DNA from: a virus
Lineage: Duplodnaviria; Heunggongvirae; Uroviricota; Caudoviricetes
IMG/VR virus record: IMGVR_UViG_3300045450_000050
Coordinates: 7,343 to 71,342 of that record
Length of the DNA: 64,000 bases
Reading direction: 5' to 3' (one strand)
Below are positions 1 through 9,262 of this stretch, in pieces. Made by a program: the position numbers and the translations under genes. How positions within the stretch are numbered: the first letter of the stretch is position 1; the number at the start of each line of letters is the position of its first letter. The notes beneath the pieces were generated by a model, which was given only the letters and a program-made list of their open reading frames with translations, was not told where the DNA came from and did not search any database.

Positions 1-217
1 ACACCGGGTCGAACCGTCGACCGCATGCGAAGCAGAAGGCGGAGTTATCGGCCTCGAAGACCTTGAACGCTCGCGTGCGTCCGCCATCCGAGTGGTACAT
101 GTCGCCGAACGGGCAGTAGGTCTTGGCCATGCCTGCGACATCGCCCATCCCCACCTCGATGCACGCTTCTCGCATCGTCATGATGGAGTTCGCGATCTTG
201 ATCGGAGACTCACCCAT
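1..217 (-). CDS. DNA primase N-terminal CHC2-type zinc-binding domain (truncated at window edge; not in ORF track)
   Basis: Manual translation from ATG at 217: MGESPIKIANSIMTMREACIEVGMGDVAGMAKTYCPFGDMYHSDGGRTRAFKVFEADNSAFCFACGRRFDPV; CPF..H..D and FCFACG match the DnaG-type Zn ribbon. Confidence 0.75.
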   Translation of the reverse strand, partial: MGESPIKIANSIMTMREACIEVGMGDVAGMAKTYCPFGDMYHSDGGRTRAFKVFEADNSAFCFACGRRFDPV

Positions 218-497
218 GGCGGCGGTGTGCGCTGTCCCAGGCAGACGGGGTCTCTCCCATCAACTCCTGGATGACTTGCACCTTGCGCATGACCTCGGCG
301 TGGTCGGCGTCCGCCTTGTCCATCTGGATGATGGCCTTCTCGCACTCGGCGAAGAACGCGTCGCTGACTCTGTCGTGTACGACCAGGCGCGATCGATCAT
401 CCTCGAACAGATACCCGTGCATCAGAATGATCTGTCCGTACGGTGCCATGGGCGAGCGCCTCACACGTGGCAGGTCGGCAGAGAACTTGAACTCCAT
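210..497 (-). CDS. hypothetical protein (~95 aa, likely start MEFKFS)
   Basis: Fills the gap between neighbours with short overlaps; upstream part of the listed ORF overlaps the next gene. Confidence 0.55.
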   Translation of the reverse strand: MEFKFSADLPRVRRSPMAPYGQIILMHGYLFEDDRSRLVVHDRVSDAFFAECEKAIIQMDKADADHAEVMRKVQVIQELMGETPSAWDSAHRRHG

Positions 498-928
498 CAC
501 TTCCCTCTCAGCTTGAAAAACATGCCGTACGAATACTCCACCTTCGCCTCTGCCGCCGTCTTCTTGACGCCGACACGCCGAACGAACGTGCCACCACGCC
601 GGAGAGACCACCAGAAGTTGCCCTTCTCGATGACGCCGCCGACGTACAAGCCCCACAGCAGCACCCAGAGACGCCAGCGCGAGATGGGCCGGTTCAGGTA
701 TAGGTGACCGTGTCCTGGCGTCGTTGAGGGCCGGTACTGGTGCGCGTAGTCCAGATCGATGATGGGCGCGTGCTTGGCCGATCCAAGGACGTGCGAAGAG
801 ACCACGTTGGCGTCCGCATCTGATGGCCTCCGATCCTCGTACTGTCGATAGCGCAGCAAGCTGAGGATCATCGGCTCATCGACGATGTCGAGGTGGTCGA
901 CGCGCCAGGTCTTACGACGCAGAGTCAT
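497..928 (-). CDS. hypothetical protein with hhDhD and GHGH motifs
   Basis: ORF track 143 aa; HAPIIDLD...STTPGHGHLY; operon packing. Confidence 0.65.
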   Translation of the reverse strand: MTLRRKTWRVDHLDIVDEPMILSLLRYRQYEDRRPSDADANVVSSHVLGSAKHAPIIDLDYAHQYRPSTTPGHGHLYLNRPISRWRLWVLLWGLYVGGVIEKGNFWWSLRRGGTFVRRVGVKKTAAEAKVEYSYGMFFKLRGK

Positions 929-1355
929 ACGCGACCTCGTCCAGCATCTCCTGGTCGGGCTCGTAGCGCGTCGCGTTCTCGCGGTGCCAGGTCAGGAGCG
1001 CTTCACGGGCCTCCTCGCGCCACTTCTGCCACGACGGCGCGGTCAGCATCCACCAGGACCACTTCGGGTGATCAGGCTTCGGCTGAGCGTCCTTGTGTCC
1101 CTCGTGGTCTTCGTGCTCGGAGCAGAAGTAGAGGTAGCAGCCCTCGGTCTGAACTTCTTGCTCGTCGTCCCAGTCGTCGTCCTCGGAGACCTCGACCCCA
1201 TCCTTCAGGTATCGATACCCCCAGATCTCCTCGCACTGGTAGCCCATGCCGCGCTCAATCATGGTGGAGCAGCCCGTCATATCGCACTCAGCCGGGACGG
1301 CGTAGCCCGCCCATCGGCCGGGGTGCCAGATGTCCGCGTAGACGGCGTATCCCAT
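912..1355 (-). CDS. hypothetical protein, Cys/His- and acid-rich
   Basis: 147 aa ORF abutting thyA stop; CDMTGC, YCSEH-like motifs. Confidence 0.7.
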   Translation of the reverse strand: MGYAVYADIWHPGRWAGYAVPAECDMTGCSTMIERGMGYQCEEIWGYRYLKDGVEVSEDDDWDDEQEVQTEGCYLYFCSEHEDHEGHKDAQPKPDHPKWSWWMLTAPSWQKWREEAREALLTWHRENATRYEPDQEMLDEVAYDSAS

Positions 1356-2152
1356 CAGACGGCCACCGGAGCCTTGATGGTGGCGTGGTGCTGGTAGCCG
1401 ACCAGCTCGAAGTCCTCGTACTTGTACTCGAAGATCGAGCTGGCCTTCTTGATCACCATCTGCGGAGCGTCGTACGGATCGCGAGCGAGCTGCTCGTTGA
1501 CCTGCTCGGTGTGGTTGTCGTAGACGTGCACGTCACCGCCCGTCCAGACGAACTCGCCCAGCTCCAGGTCGCATTGCTGTGCGACCATCATCGTCAACAG
1601 CGCGTACGAGGCGATGTTGAACGGGACGCCGAGGAACATGTCCGCCGAGCGCTGATAGAGCTGGCACGAAAGCTTGCCGTCTGCCACGTAGAACTGGAAC
1701 AGGAGGTGGCACGGCGGCAGCTTCATCTTGCCGAGGTCGGCCGGGTTCCATGCGGTGACGATGTGGCGGCGACCATCGGGATTGAGCTTGATGCCGTTGA
1801 TCACCTGGACAATCTGGTCGAGGAACACGCCGGGCTTGACCTCCCACGAGCGCCATTGGGTGCCGTAGACCGGGCCGAGGTCGCCGTTCTCGTCGGCCCA
1901 CTCGTCCCAGATCCGCACGCCTTCGGCCTGGAGTGAGCGGACGTTGCTCTCGCCACGCAGGAACCACAGCAGCTCGTGGATCACCGACTTCAGGTGGACG
2001 CGCTTGGTGGTCACGAGCGGGAAGCCCTGGGCCAAGTCGAAGCGGATCTGCCGTCCGAACACGCTCTTGGTGCCAGTGCCCGTGCGGTCGCTCTTGTGCG
2101 TGCCGTTGTCGCGCACGTCGGCCAGCAGGTCCTCGTATGCAGTGAAGATCAT
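1355..2152 (-). CDS. thyA: thymidylate synthase (ThyA)
   Basis: [29 protein letters not shown] active site, [18 protein letters not shown]; start moved to MIFTAY (265 aa), the upstream extension overlaps dnaB. Confidence 0.97.
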   Translation of the reverse strand: MIFTAYEDLLADVRDNGTHKSDRTGTGTKSVFGRQIRFDLAQGFPLVTTKRVHLKSVIHELLWFLRGESNVRSLQAEGVRIWDEWADENGDLGPVYGTQWRSWEVKPGVFLDQIVQVINGIKLNPDGRRHIVTAWNPADLGKMKLPPCHLLFQFYVADGKLSCQLYQRSADMFLGVPFNIASYALLTMMVAQQCDLELGEFVWTGGDVHVYDNHTEQVNEQLARDPYDAPQMVIKKASSIFEYKYEDFELVGYQHHATIKAPVAV

Positions 2153-2165
2153 GGTCCCTCGCTTC

Positions 2166-3638
2166 TCAGATGAGTTCTTCCAGGGAGAAGGCGTCAGATC
2201 CTCCACCCAGCGTCCCCCGTGATACTCCGCCAAGGCCCTCCAGACCCAGGCTTCGGGAACGAAATGTGCTCGTCGCATAGTCGACGTTGACGACGAGGCC
2301 GTTCACTGTCTCTGCGTCACGTGCCTTCAGGATCTGCATCGTCACGTCGGCGTAGCGGTCGCTGTTGTCGGTGGGGGCGAGCAAGCTGGCGATGATGTCG
2401 GCGGTGTTGGTCGCCTCGGCCGTCTCTGAGAGCGCACGGGAGGAGTATGCCCCGCCCGTCTCGGCCTCCTTGCGTGCCTCGCGAGAGACCTGCCAGGGGC
2501 TCATCAGCGGAACCTCATTGGCGACGGCCAGTAGCTTCGCCTCCTTCATGATCTCGCTCAGCTCTTCGCGCTGCGTCTGTCGCCGCTGGGTGGGCTTCAG
2601 CAGGGCCAGGTAGTCCATGACGACGAAGTCAACCTGGAAGTTGTTCTTGATGCGAGCGAGTCGCAGTTCCAGGCTGGACAGCGTGGCCGACCGAGGCACC
2701 TGAGCGATATACAGCCGCCCGTAGGCGGGGTTCTTCGTCAGGTCGCGCACGATGGTCGGCAGTGCAGCTTCCCCCTCCTCCGAGAGGGTGCCCATCTTCA
2801 GGTCCTTGGTGTTCAGCCCGCTGGGCAGATTGAACTGCGGCATCGTGGAGTGGCGCGCGAGAATCTTGCGGCGCACCTGAGCACGCAGGGTCTCCGTGGT
2901 GAAGAAGACGACGTTCTTGCCCTGCTCCACCGCGGCGCTCCATGCCGCCTGCACGCACAGCGTCGTCTTGCCATCCGACGAGTACCCCGCCGCAAGGATC
3001 AGCTCACCCGGCTGCATGCCTCCGATGCGGCGGTCGAGATCAGGGATTCCGAACTCGATGCCGCGCGAGACACCGTGCTCCCGGTCGTGCTTGCGCTCCT
3101 GATAGTCCAGGATCAGCTCGCTCGTCTCGGAGCGCATGTCGCCCTCTGGCGCGTCCTGAATGTGCAGCTCGCGGTCGATGGTCTGGAACTGCTCCATGAT
3201 GAAGATGCGTGCCGCGGCGTGCCCCTTCTCCAGGTCACCGTTGGCCTGCTCGATGCCCTCTTGGAGCACCGTGCGCGCGTCCGTCAGGGCCTGGCCCGTC
3301 GCCTTCTCCGCTGCCACATCGCGAAGCTGGTTGATCGACCAGATGAACTCGGCGTCATCGACGTTCATCTCCGAGCAGGCGTCGTACAGCTCTTCAAGCT
3401 GTACCTGCACACCAGCCGCCACGCCCTTCTCGCGCAGCAGGTCCTCCAGGAACTTCTTGGGCATGACTGCCCCGGAAGTCTGGTCCGCGTAGCGGAGAAG
3501 GGATGCGAACAGTGTCGCCACCGAACGCTCGACGAAGTGCGAGGTGCCCAGCAGATGCGCTGCCTTCTCCAGGCGCTTGCGGTTGGTGGGAAGGATGCCG
3601 CCCAAGACGTTCAGCGCGTGTTCTTCTGCACTAGCCAA
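2166..3638 (-). CDS. dnaB: DnaB-like replicative helicase
   Basis: [30 protein letters not shown] (Walker A), VVMDYL (Walker B), ILKARD. Confidence 0.92.
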   Translation of the reverse strand: MASAEEHALNVLGGILPTNRKRLEKAAHLLGTSHFVERSVATLFASLLRYADQTSGAVMPKKFLEDLLREKGVAAGVQVQLEELYDACSEMNVDDAEFIWSINQLRDVAAEKATGQALTDARTVLQEGIEQANGDLEKGHAAARIFIMEQFQTIDRELHIQDAPEGDMRSETSELILDYQERKHDREHGVSRGIEFGIPDLDRRIGGMQPGELILAAGYSSDGKTTLCVQAAWSAAVEQGKNVVFFTTETLRAQVRRKILARHSTMPQFNLPSGLNTKDLKMGTLSEEGEAALPTIVRDLTKNPAYGRLYIAQVPRSATLSSLELRLARIKNNFQVDFVVMDYLALLKPTQRRQTQREELSEIMKEAKLLAVANEVPLMSPWQVSREARKEAETGGAYSSRALSETAEATNTADIIASLLAPTDNSDRYADVTMQILKARDAETVNGLVVNVDYATSTFRSRSLGLEGLGGVSRGTLGGGSDAFSLEELI

Positions 3639-3933
3639 CGGGCTCGCCCTCCGCCTCGGTGAACGCGATCACGGTGTCGAGCGCATCGACGGACAGGCCC
3701 GTGCCGTTCTTCAGCTCGAAGCTCACGTACGACAGTCGAGACCGGGTGCGCGGGTCGTACCTGTCTTTGATCTCGCCGCCCACGATCAGGCCGTGGCCCC
3801 GGATGATGTCTCCGATCTCCAGACGCTCGGGGTGTGCTCGGACCCAGCGCTTCTTGGCTCCGTGCTCCGACAGCGTGATGCCGGGACGTTGGAAGGGCTT
3901 GGGCTTGTGGGTGCGGCCTCCGGGGAGCGCCAT
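3631..3933 (-). CDS. hypothetical protein
   Basis: Start MALPGG overlaps the MazG stop (ATGA). Confidence 0.65.
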   Translation of the reverse strand: MALPGGRTHKPKPFQRPGITLSEHGAKKRWVRAHPERLEIGDIIRGHGLIVGGEIKDRYDPRTRSRLSYVSFELKNGTGLSVDALDTVIAFTEAEGEPVG

Positions 3934-4412
3934 CAGAAGCGCTTCCCGCCGTGAAGTGGTGAACGGGTGTTGTTGTACTCCAGCTTCTCCTTGACGGCGG
4001 CGGCGAGGTCGATGCCTGCCTTGCCGCACTCGTCCATGAGGCGGATGAACACGTCGGCGTACTCGCTGGGCACGCCCTCGGGCTTCTGGAGGATGCCGTT
4101 ATCGGGGTGCTTCGCCCCCGCGGCGTAGTAGGTCTCGTCGTCGGGATGCCCGCCGCGGATCTCCTCGTGACCTTCGCTCAGCTCGCCGACGATGAGCATC
4201 TGCCGGTTGCCGGTCTCGATGTCTTCGAGGTAGTTCGCGAACGAGGCATCCTCGGTTGATCCGGTGGCCCGGAGTCGGGCCACCTCCACCTTCAGACGGT
4301 CGGGCTGCTGATGGAACCCACGAGCCCGGGACGCCTGGTAGCAGTAGTCCTGGAAGGCGCGCAGGGCCTCATAGTCGACGCCCGAGGGCTCGATGGGAAG
4401 GTCACTGGTCAT
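3933..4412 (-). CDS. MazG-like nucleotide pyrophosphohydrolase
   Basis: LIVGELSEGHEE ... KPEGVPSEYADVFIRLMD ... AVKEKLEYNNTR, typical phage MazG-like pattern. Confidence 0.85.
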   Translation of the reverse strand: MTSDLPIEPSGVDYEALRAFQDYCYQASRARGFHQQPDRLKVEVARLRATGSTEDASFANYLEDIETGNRQMLIVGELSEGHEEIRGGHPDDETYYAAGAKHPDNGILQKPEGVPSEYADVFIRLMDECGKAGIDLAAAVKEKLEYNNTRSPLHGGKRF

Positions 4413-4650
4413 CGTCGGTCTCCTTGGGGGTGTAGATGATGATCCCGCCCTCGAACCCACTGGGGCCCGTCAGTCGGCGGAGATCATGGATGGCTGTCTC
4501 GTAGCCCAGCTCGAAGGCGGTGTCCGAGTCGATGTCGTGCAGCTCTTGACGGTCGTCGGCTGCGCGCATCTCCTCCAGCTCTTCTTCGAGTCGGGGGATG
4601 ACCTCTTCGAGAGTGAGGTCATGATTCTGCTTCGGGGTGTGCTCAGTCAC
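4402..4650 (-). CDS. hypothetical acidic protein
   Basis: 82 aa, GAGGAG RBS upstream of GTG. Confidence 0.7.
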   Translation of the reverse strand: MTEHTPKQNHDLTLEEVIPRLEEELEEMRAADDRQELHDIDSDTAFELGYETAIHDLRRLTGPSGFEGGIIIYTPKETDDDQ

Positions 4651-4700
4651 GTATGTGCTCCTCGGTACGTATCCGTGATACTCCTGAGACGCATGCCGTA

Positions 4701-5402
4701 TCAGGTATCTCTGGCGAAAGTCAGAACTGATCTGAGCACCATCAGAGCCTCGTCATGGAGGACGCGAGCCAGCGGCTGGGAGATCTCCAACTCGGCCGCG
4801 ATCTGTGGGAACTCGTGACCGTAGTAGTACCGCAGTGCGATCACAGAACGCTGAGCGATGGGCATCGAGTTCAGCACCTGAGACATGGACAGACGGTAGC
4901 TGTCGGTGGGCAGCAAAGCTTCCGGCTTGCGTCCTGGATCGGCGTGCTCGTCCCACGCGTTGTCGAACGACACGCCTGAGGCCTCGACCGCCGCGACGAT
5001 GGAGCGGATCTTATCGGGAGCCATGCCGATGATGGGGGCTAGCTCCTCTGGTGACTTGCCTGCGCCGTAGCCGTTCTCCAGCAGACTCTTGTACGTGTCA
5101 CGCTGTCGGCGAGGGACGTGGTCCTGTGAGCGCTGCCAATCGAGGATGGCTCCCGCCACGACCTGCTTCGAGTAATTCCCGAACCCAAGGTACGGGTCGT
5201 AGTTCTCGTCGTTGTCTGGTCTGCTCGGGTCGAACTTCTGTGCCGCTTTCACCAGCCCCTGATAGGCGATGGAGATCAGCTCATCCAGCGGCAGCGTCTT
5301 GCCACTGCGCTCCCAGAAGCTCTTCGCAACGCCATGCGTCTGCGGGAGCCAGCCGGTGATGAATCTGTTCTGCTGCGGCGTGAGTGGTGTCTCCATGCTC
5401 AT
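4701..5402 (-). CDS. RNA polymerase sigma factor, FliA/WhiG (sigma-28)-like
   Basis: Region 2: DELISIAYQGLVKAAQKFDPSR..FGNY..VAGAILDWQRSQDHVPRRQR; region 4 HTH: QRSVIALRYYYGHEFPQIAAELEIS; 233 aa. Confidence 0.88.
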   Translation of the reverse strand: MSMETPLTPQQNRFITGWLPQTHGVAKSFWERSGKTLPLDELISIAYQGLVKAAQKFDPSRPDNDENYDPYLGFGNYSKQVVAGAILDWQRSQDHVPRRQRDTYKSLLENGYGAGKSPEELAPIIGMAPDKIRSIVAAVEASGVSFDNAWDEHADPGRKPEALLPTDSYRLSMSQVLNSMPIAQRSVIALRYYYGHEFPQIAAELEISQPLARVLHDEALMVLRSVLTFARDT

Positions 5403-7129
5403 CCTGACTGTCCAATGAGCTGGAGCAGCGCCAGGGGCGGCAGTGCGTTGAAGAGCTGGCTGTTCTCTTCCCAGATGTGGGACGCCAGCGCCGCTTCGCG
5501 CTCCAGCAGGGGAAGGTAACCCGCCTCCTGGGTCTTCACGGTGAGAAGGTTGTGCACGTAAACATGCTGGTACGCGCTACCGTCACGGCGAACGCGACCA
5601 GCGAGCTGTTCCATGCGGGCGGGGTTGAGGATCGTATCGACGTTCACGAGGTGGCGCGAGACCTGAAGGTTCAGCGACTGCTCGATAGCCTTCGTGCCGA
5701 TCAGGACCTTGCAGTTCGGGTCCTGCCAGAAACGCTCCTGCGCCTCATGGCGGGCCTGCTTGGACTTCTCCTCGCCCCACACGGTGACGAAGCCGATCTT
5801 CTCGGCCCGGAAGCGGTTCTGAAGTGCACGCACAGTGTTCTTCAGGTTGGCGAAGACCACGACCTTCTCGCCGACCAGATCACCTTCCGTCATCTGCTGA
5901 ATGACCCAGTCCATCTTGACTGACGTACCCGGCAGATCTTCCTCGCCCAGGGCTGCGAGCCCGGCACAGATGGCGGCACCGTAGTGGATCTGCGCGAGGG
6001 CGGTTGGGCGCTTCACCTGAGCGCCCTCCTCGCGGATGATCTTCAGCACGCCCTTCTTCAGCTCGGTGTACTTGGCACGCTGCGCAGGATATAGATCCAG
6101 GAACACGTCGTTGGGCATGATCGTCGGCAGGGTCACGTCATCGAGATCGTCAGCGGTACGGCGTAGATACAGCGGAGCGATCTGCTGCTTGACGATGTCG
6201 AGGTTCTTGTAGCCGGTGATGACCGTCTTGCGCTTCATCCGGCCTTCCTTCTCGTCGAACTGCTCGACGATGCCGGTACGCACGTGGCGACGCATGAAGG
6301 TTTCGATGCTGCCCAGCCGCTTGGCCCCGCCCACGCCATCGAAGATCGCGTGCAGCTCGGGGAGCTTCTTCTGAAGTGGTGTGCCGGTCATGATCACGTA
6401 CCGGTCAGTGCCTGGTGAGAGGCCGTACGTGCCACGGGCCCCCAGCTTGTCGAGGGTGAGGCTGGTCGCAGTCTCCGGGTTCCGAAGAGCGTCCACGTCA
6501 TCGGTGAGCACGAGCGAAAGGTCGAAGCGCTCGATCTGCTCGATGTCCATGCGCAGCATCTCTGGTCCCACCAGCAGAACCTGCCAGGGCTGAAGGTAGC
6601 GCTGACGCCGCTCTTTAGCCGAACCCTCGGCCAGCAGGATGTTGAGCCCGGGCATCATGCGCTGTAGCTCGGCCTGCCACTGATGCAGCGCTGGTGAACG
6701 AGGAACGATGACGACGCGCCCCATCCCCCCGTAGCGGTTCGAGCGGTCGCGCATCAGGCTCAGCTCGCCGGTCTCCAGCAGCATCGCCACCAGCCCGCCC
6801 GCTGAAGTGGTCTTGCCCGACCCCATGGTGTCGGCGAGCAGCGCGTGCTTCTTGAAATACAGCCAGGCGATGGAGACCTGCTGGTGATTGCGGAAGTGGA
6901 TCGCGCACTTCCGGCACATGGGCTTGGGCCGGTCGAAGACCTTGCGCGTCACGACCTCGCCGGAGGGCAACCGGACTTCCTCGTCCCAGCCCCGCGCATG
7001 CACTCGGCACAGCGCGTAGTTCCAGTGGGTCAGCTCAGGGAGCTTCCACGACTTGGACTCGTGGATCTGCCAAGCGAGGGTCTCTCGCGTGTCATCGGAG
7101 AAGCGGCGAACATCGAACTGTACTGGCAC
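5399..7129 (-). CDS. SNF2-family (SF2) helicase/ATPase with N-terminal Cys/His region
   Basis: LLADTMGSGKT, LTDDV (DExx-like), MTGTPLQ, SLNLQ, QLAGRVRR. Confidence 0.9.
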   Translation of the reverse strand: MPVQFDVRRFSDDTRETLAWQIHESKSWKLPELTHWNYALCRVHARGWDEEVRLPSGEVVTRKVFDRPKPMCRKCAIHFRNHQQVSIAWLYFKKHALLADTMGSGKTTSAGGLVAMLLETGELSLMRDRSNRYGGMGRVVIVPRSPALHQWQAELQRMMPGLNILLAEGSAKERRQRYLQPWQVLLVGPEMLRMDIEQIERFDLSLVLTDDVDALRNPETATSLTLDKLGARGTYGLSPGTDRYVIMTGTPLQKKLPELHAIFDGVGGAKRLGSIETFMRRHVRTGIVEQFDEKEGRMKRKTVITGYKNLDIVKQQIAPLYLRRTADDLDDVTLPTIMPNDVFLDLYPAQRAKYTELKKGVLKIIREEGAQVKRPTALAQIHYGAAICAGLAALGEEDLPGTSVKMDWVIQQMTEGDLVGEKVVVFANLKNTVRALQNRFRAEKIGFVTVWGEEKSKQARHEAQERFWQDPNCKVLIGTKAIEQSLNLQVSRHLVNVDTILNPARMEQLAGRVRRDGSAYQHVYVHNLLTVKTQEAGYLPLLEREAALASHIWEENSQLFNALPPLALLQLIGQSG

Positions 7130-7134
7130 GACCG

Positions 7135-7328
7135 TTATACGCCGAGAGGCTGCGAAGATTCACGCTCTGCCGCACGAGCTTCTGCTCGTTCTTGGCGCTT
7201 GCGTCGCTTTTCGAAGACCTTGTGGCTCTCCTCCGCCATCTCGACGACGTACGCATCGTCCATCCGGAACGCCGCATCTGCGGTTGCCCACAGGGCTTTG
7301 AGGCGCGGGATGGCGGAAGCGTCGATCA
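7135..7328 (-). CDS. possible small charged hypothetical protein
   Basis: Open frame VIDASAIPRLKAL...; lies between terminator and helicase promoter. Confidence 0.4.
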
Positions 7329-7361
7329 CGTCTGAGATTGTACCAAGGAAAGACTGAAACA

Positions 7362-7399
7362 CGGGTAGCCCGACCCTTCGAAAAGAGCCGGGCTACCCG
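7362..7399 (-). terminator. intrinsic terminator closing the late/lysis operon
   Basis: 11-bp stem CGGGTAGCCCG/CGGGCTACCCG followed on minus by TGTTTCAGTCTTT. Confidence 0.75.
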
Positions 7400-7408
7400 A
7401 GGGTGGCG

Positions 7409-7894
7409 TCAGATGCCGGTACGACCGTCGTGATTGTCGATGACGTTGACCGTCTCCGACTGAATCGCGAACTGGGTCGCCTTGGGGTCGACTGCCTTGG
7501 GGGCCTCGTTCGACACGTTGGGCGATGCCAGAGCCTCCTTGACGGCGTCCACGCGCTGGTCGACACCGAACTGGGCGGCGAGTGCGGACAGACCCGCGAA
7601 CAGGATGATGACCGCGGTCTCGGCGTTCAGGCCGGGACCACCGTTGAGGCCGTCGAAGACGGGGATCGCGGCGGCGAGAATGGCACCGAGGACGGCACCA
7701 CCGACCTTGGCTCCCGCGGCCCAGCCCTTGTCGAGCACGGGGACGACGTAGGTGACGACGGCACCCACGAGCAGGCCTGCGAGCTGAAGAGCCTCCACGA
7801 GGGTGACTCCGCCAACGATGGCCGACTGGAACGCTGCACCGACGATGACGCCGATGGTCAGCAGTGGTGTCAGGTACTTGGACTGCGTGTTCAT
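7409..7894 (-). CDS. holin-like multi-pass membrane protein
   Basis: MNTQSKYL start with GGAGG RBS; about four hydrophobic segments, polar C-terminus; end of tail operon. Confidence 0.7.
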   Translation of the reverse strand: MNTQSKYLTPLLTIGVIVGAAFQSAIVGGVTLVEALQLAGLLVGAVVTYVVPVLDKGWAAGAKVGGAVLGAILAAAIPVFDGLNGGPGLNAETAVIILFAGLSALAAQFGVDQRVDAVKEALASPNVSNEAPKAVDPKATQFAIQSETVNVIDNHDGRTGI

Positions 7895-8274
7895 GCTTCC
7901 TCCTTCAGAGGATCTTCGTTCTCGGTGCGGTGAGTCTCGACGAGGCCGGTAACGGTCAACTCGTCGACGATCTCTCCTTGCTTCTGCACGTAGCGCAGCG
8001 TGAAGAACAGACGCCACGTGGTGATGCTCACGAGCAGGTAGCTCGCGAGGCGAATCCACTCTCGGCCGTAGTAATCCGTGCCGAGCCAGACACTGGCGGC
8101 GACGGTCGCGATGATGACGAGCAGGGATACTGCGAAGTACATCAGCGAACGGCCGACCAGGAACTGGTTCCATGGGCTCTTGTAGAAGTAGAACCCCACG
8201 AACAACATCAGTGCCGGAATGGCGGTGAGCAGGAGGATGTCTCCTGCGAGATAGATCAGGTCTTGTGCCTGCAT
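7891..8274 (-). CDS. membrane protein (3 TM), lysis cassette
   Basis: Three hydrophobic helices, 127 aa. Confidence 0.75.
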   Translation of the reverse strand: MQAQDLIYLAGDILLLTAIPALMLFVGFYFYKSPWNQFLVGRSLMYFAVSLLVIIATVAASVWLGTDYYGREWIRLASYLLVSITTWRLFFTLRYVQKQGEIVDELTVTGLVETHRTENEDPLKEEA

Positions 8275-8276
8275 GG

Positions 8277-8513
8277 TTAGCCCCTTCCTCGCATGCTCGC
8301 CTCTACCAGCTCGCCGAAGTGGTTCCGGGCGACCTGATCTTCGTTCTTGGAGACGAGAAGACTGACGTGGGGAACGCTGGCCTGTGCCGCCTGGAGATCG
8401 GCAATAGCGCGCTGGACCGCATTGTCAGCGAGTGCCTGCGTTGCCGCAGTGGTAGTTGGTGGCTCGACCGGCTTCGGGTGAAGCCAGTAGTAGAGGTCCT
8501 TCATGAAAGCCAT
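8277..8513 (-). CDS. hypothetical protein, lysis cassette
   Basis: Likely start MAFMKDLYYW with AAGGGG RBS. Confidence 0.65.
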   Translation of the reverse strand: MAFMKDLYYWLHPKPVEPPTTTAATQALADNAVQRAIADLQAAQASVPHVSLLVSKNEDQVARNHFGELVEASMRGRG

Positions 8514-8517
8514 GAGG

Positions 8518-8856
8518 TCACCGTTCCCCTTCGATGCTTCGATGGGAGTCTCGGTCGAACCAGGCACGGGCTGTTTCCATGAACCGGTTCGCGATTTCAG
8601 CAGAGCGAATGAGTTCACCGTTCTGCTTCTTCAGCTCTTGGCGTCCCGCCTCCGACGTGTCATGGGCGGTATGCCACGCATCCCTTTCCTTCTCCAGAGC
8701 GGCGATGCGGGCGTCCTTGTCGGCCATGCGGTCGACCAGAACAGAGCGTGGAACGACCCAACCACGCAGGATGCTGATCACCATCACGGTGACCAGCGCG
8801 CCGAGCGCGATCTGGTCGGTTGGGAGGCTGGTGAAGAACGTAAGGAACGCGTCCAT
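8518..8856 (-). CDS. N-terminally anchored membrane protein with coiled coil, lysis cassette
   Basis: MDAFLTFF..IALGALVTVMVISILRGW then DARIAALEKERDAW coiled coil. Confidence 0.7.
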   Translation of the reverse strand: MDAFLTFFTSLPTDQIALGALVTVMVISILRGWVVPRSVLVDRMADKDARIAALEKERDAWHTAHDTSEAGRQELKKQNGELIRSAEIANRFMETARAWFDRDSHRSIEGER

Positions 8857-8907
8857 CAAGCCACCCCGTCTAGGAATCTGAGGCCCCGAAGGTAATGGGG
8901 TCAGGAG

Positions 8908-8916
8908 GAGTATCGG
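8908..8916 (-). promoter_or_regulatory. late-promoter motif CCGATACTC upstream of lysis cassette
   Basis: One of 8 identical 9-mers; 52 nt upstream of the 8856 start. Confidence 0.65.
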
Positions 8917-8941
8917 CCCGATAGACGCGTTCCCCGCTTCA

Positions 8942-9253
8942 TCACTCCACGGGGGCTTCCTCCTGCTGGACCTCACGAATCGCTGCGTCGAGGAGGGCGT
9001 CGGTCACCGCCGTGAGGTCAGCCCCTGGGCGTGGCGGCGTGGCCTCGGTGTATGCCTTACGCGTCGTGTCCGCGGTGGCGTGTACATCGGCAATGGTCTC
9101 CCCGTTCGAGACATCCTGGCGCACGAGCTTGCCCATGCGGGGCTGTACCCACGACGCGGCGTCACGGATGCCAGCCTTCTCGGCGATGGCGATGAAACGG
9201 TCGAGCAGATCCGCATCGTTACGTGCGGCGATGTGCTGAGTGGACGATGCCAT
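8942..9253 (-). CDS. small protein downstream of tail fibre (possible fibre assembly factor)
   Basis: 103 aa; position directly after collar-domain protein. Confidence 0.7.
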   Translation of the reverse strand: MASSTQHIAARNDADLLDRFIAIAEKAGIRDAASWVQPRMGKLVRQDVSNGETIADVHATADTTRKAYTEATPPRPGADLTAVTDALLDAAIREVQQEEAPVE

Positions 9254-9262
9254 GGTGATCTC

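Noticed and set aside
2152-2278. N-terminal extension of ThyA in the ORF track
   Set aside because: Overlaps the dnaB end; homology starts at [10 protein letters not shown], giving the normal ~265-aa size
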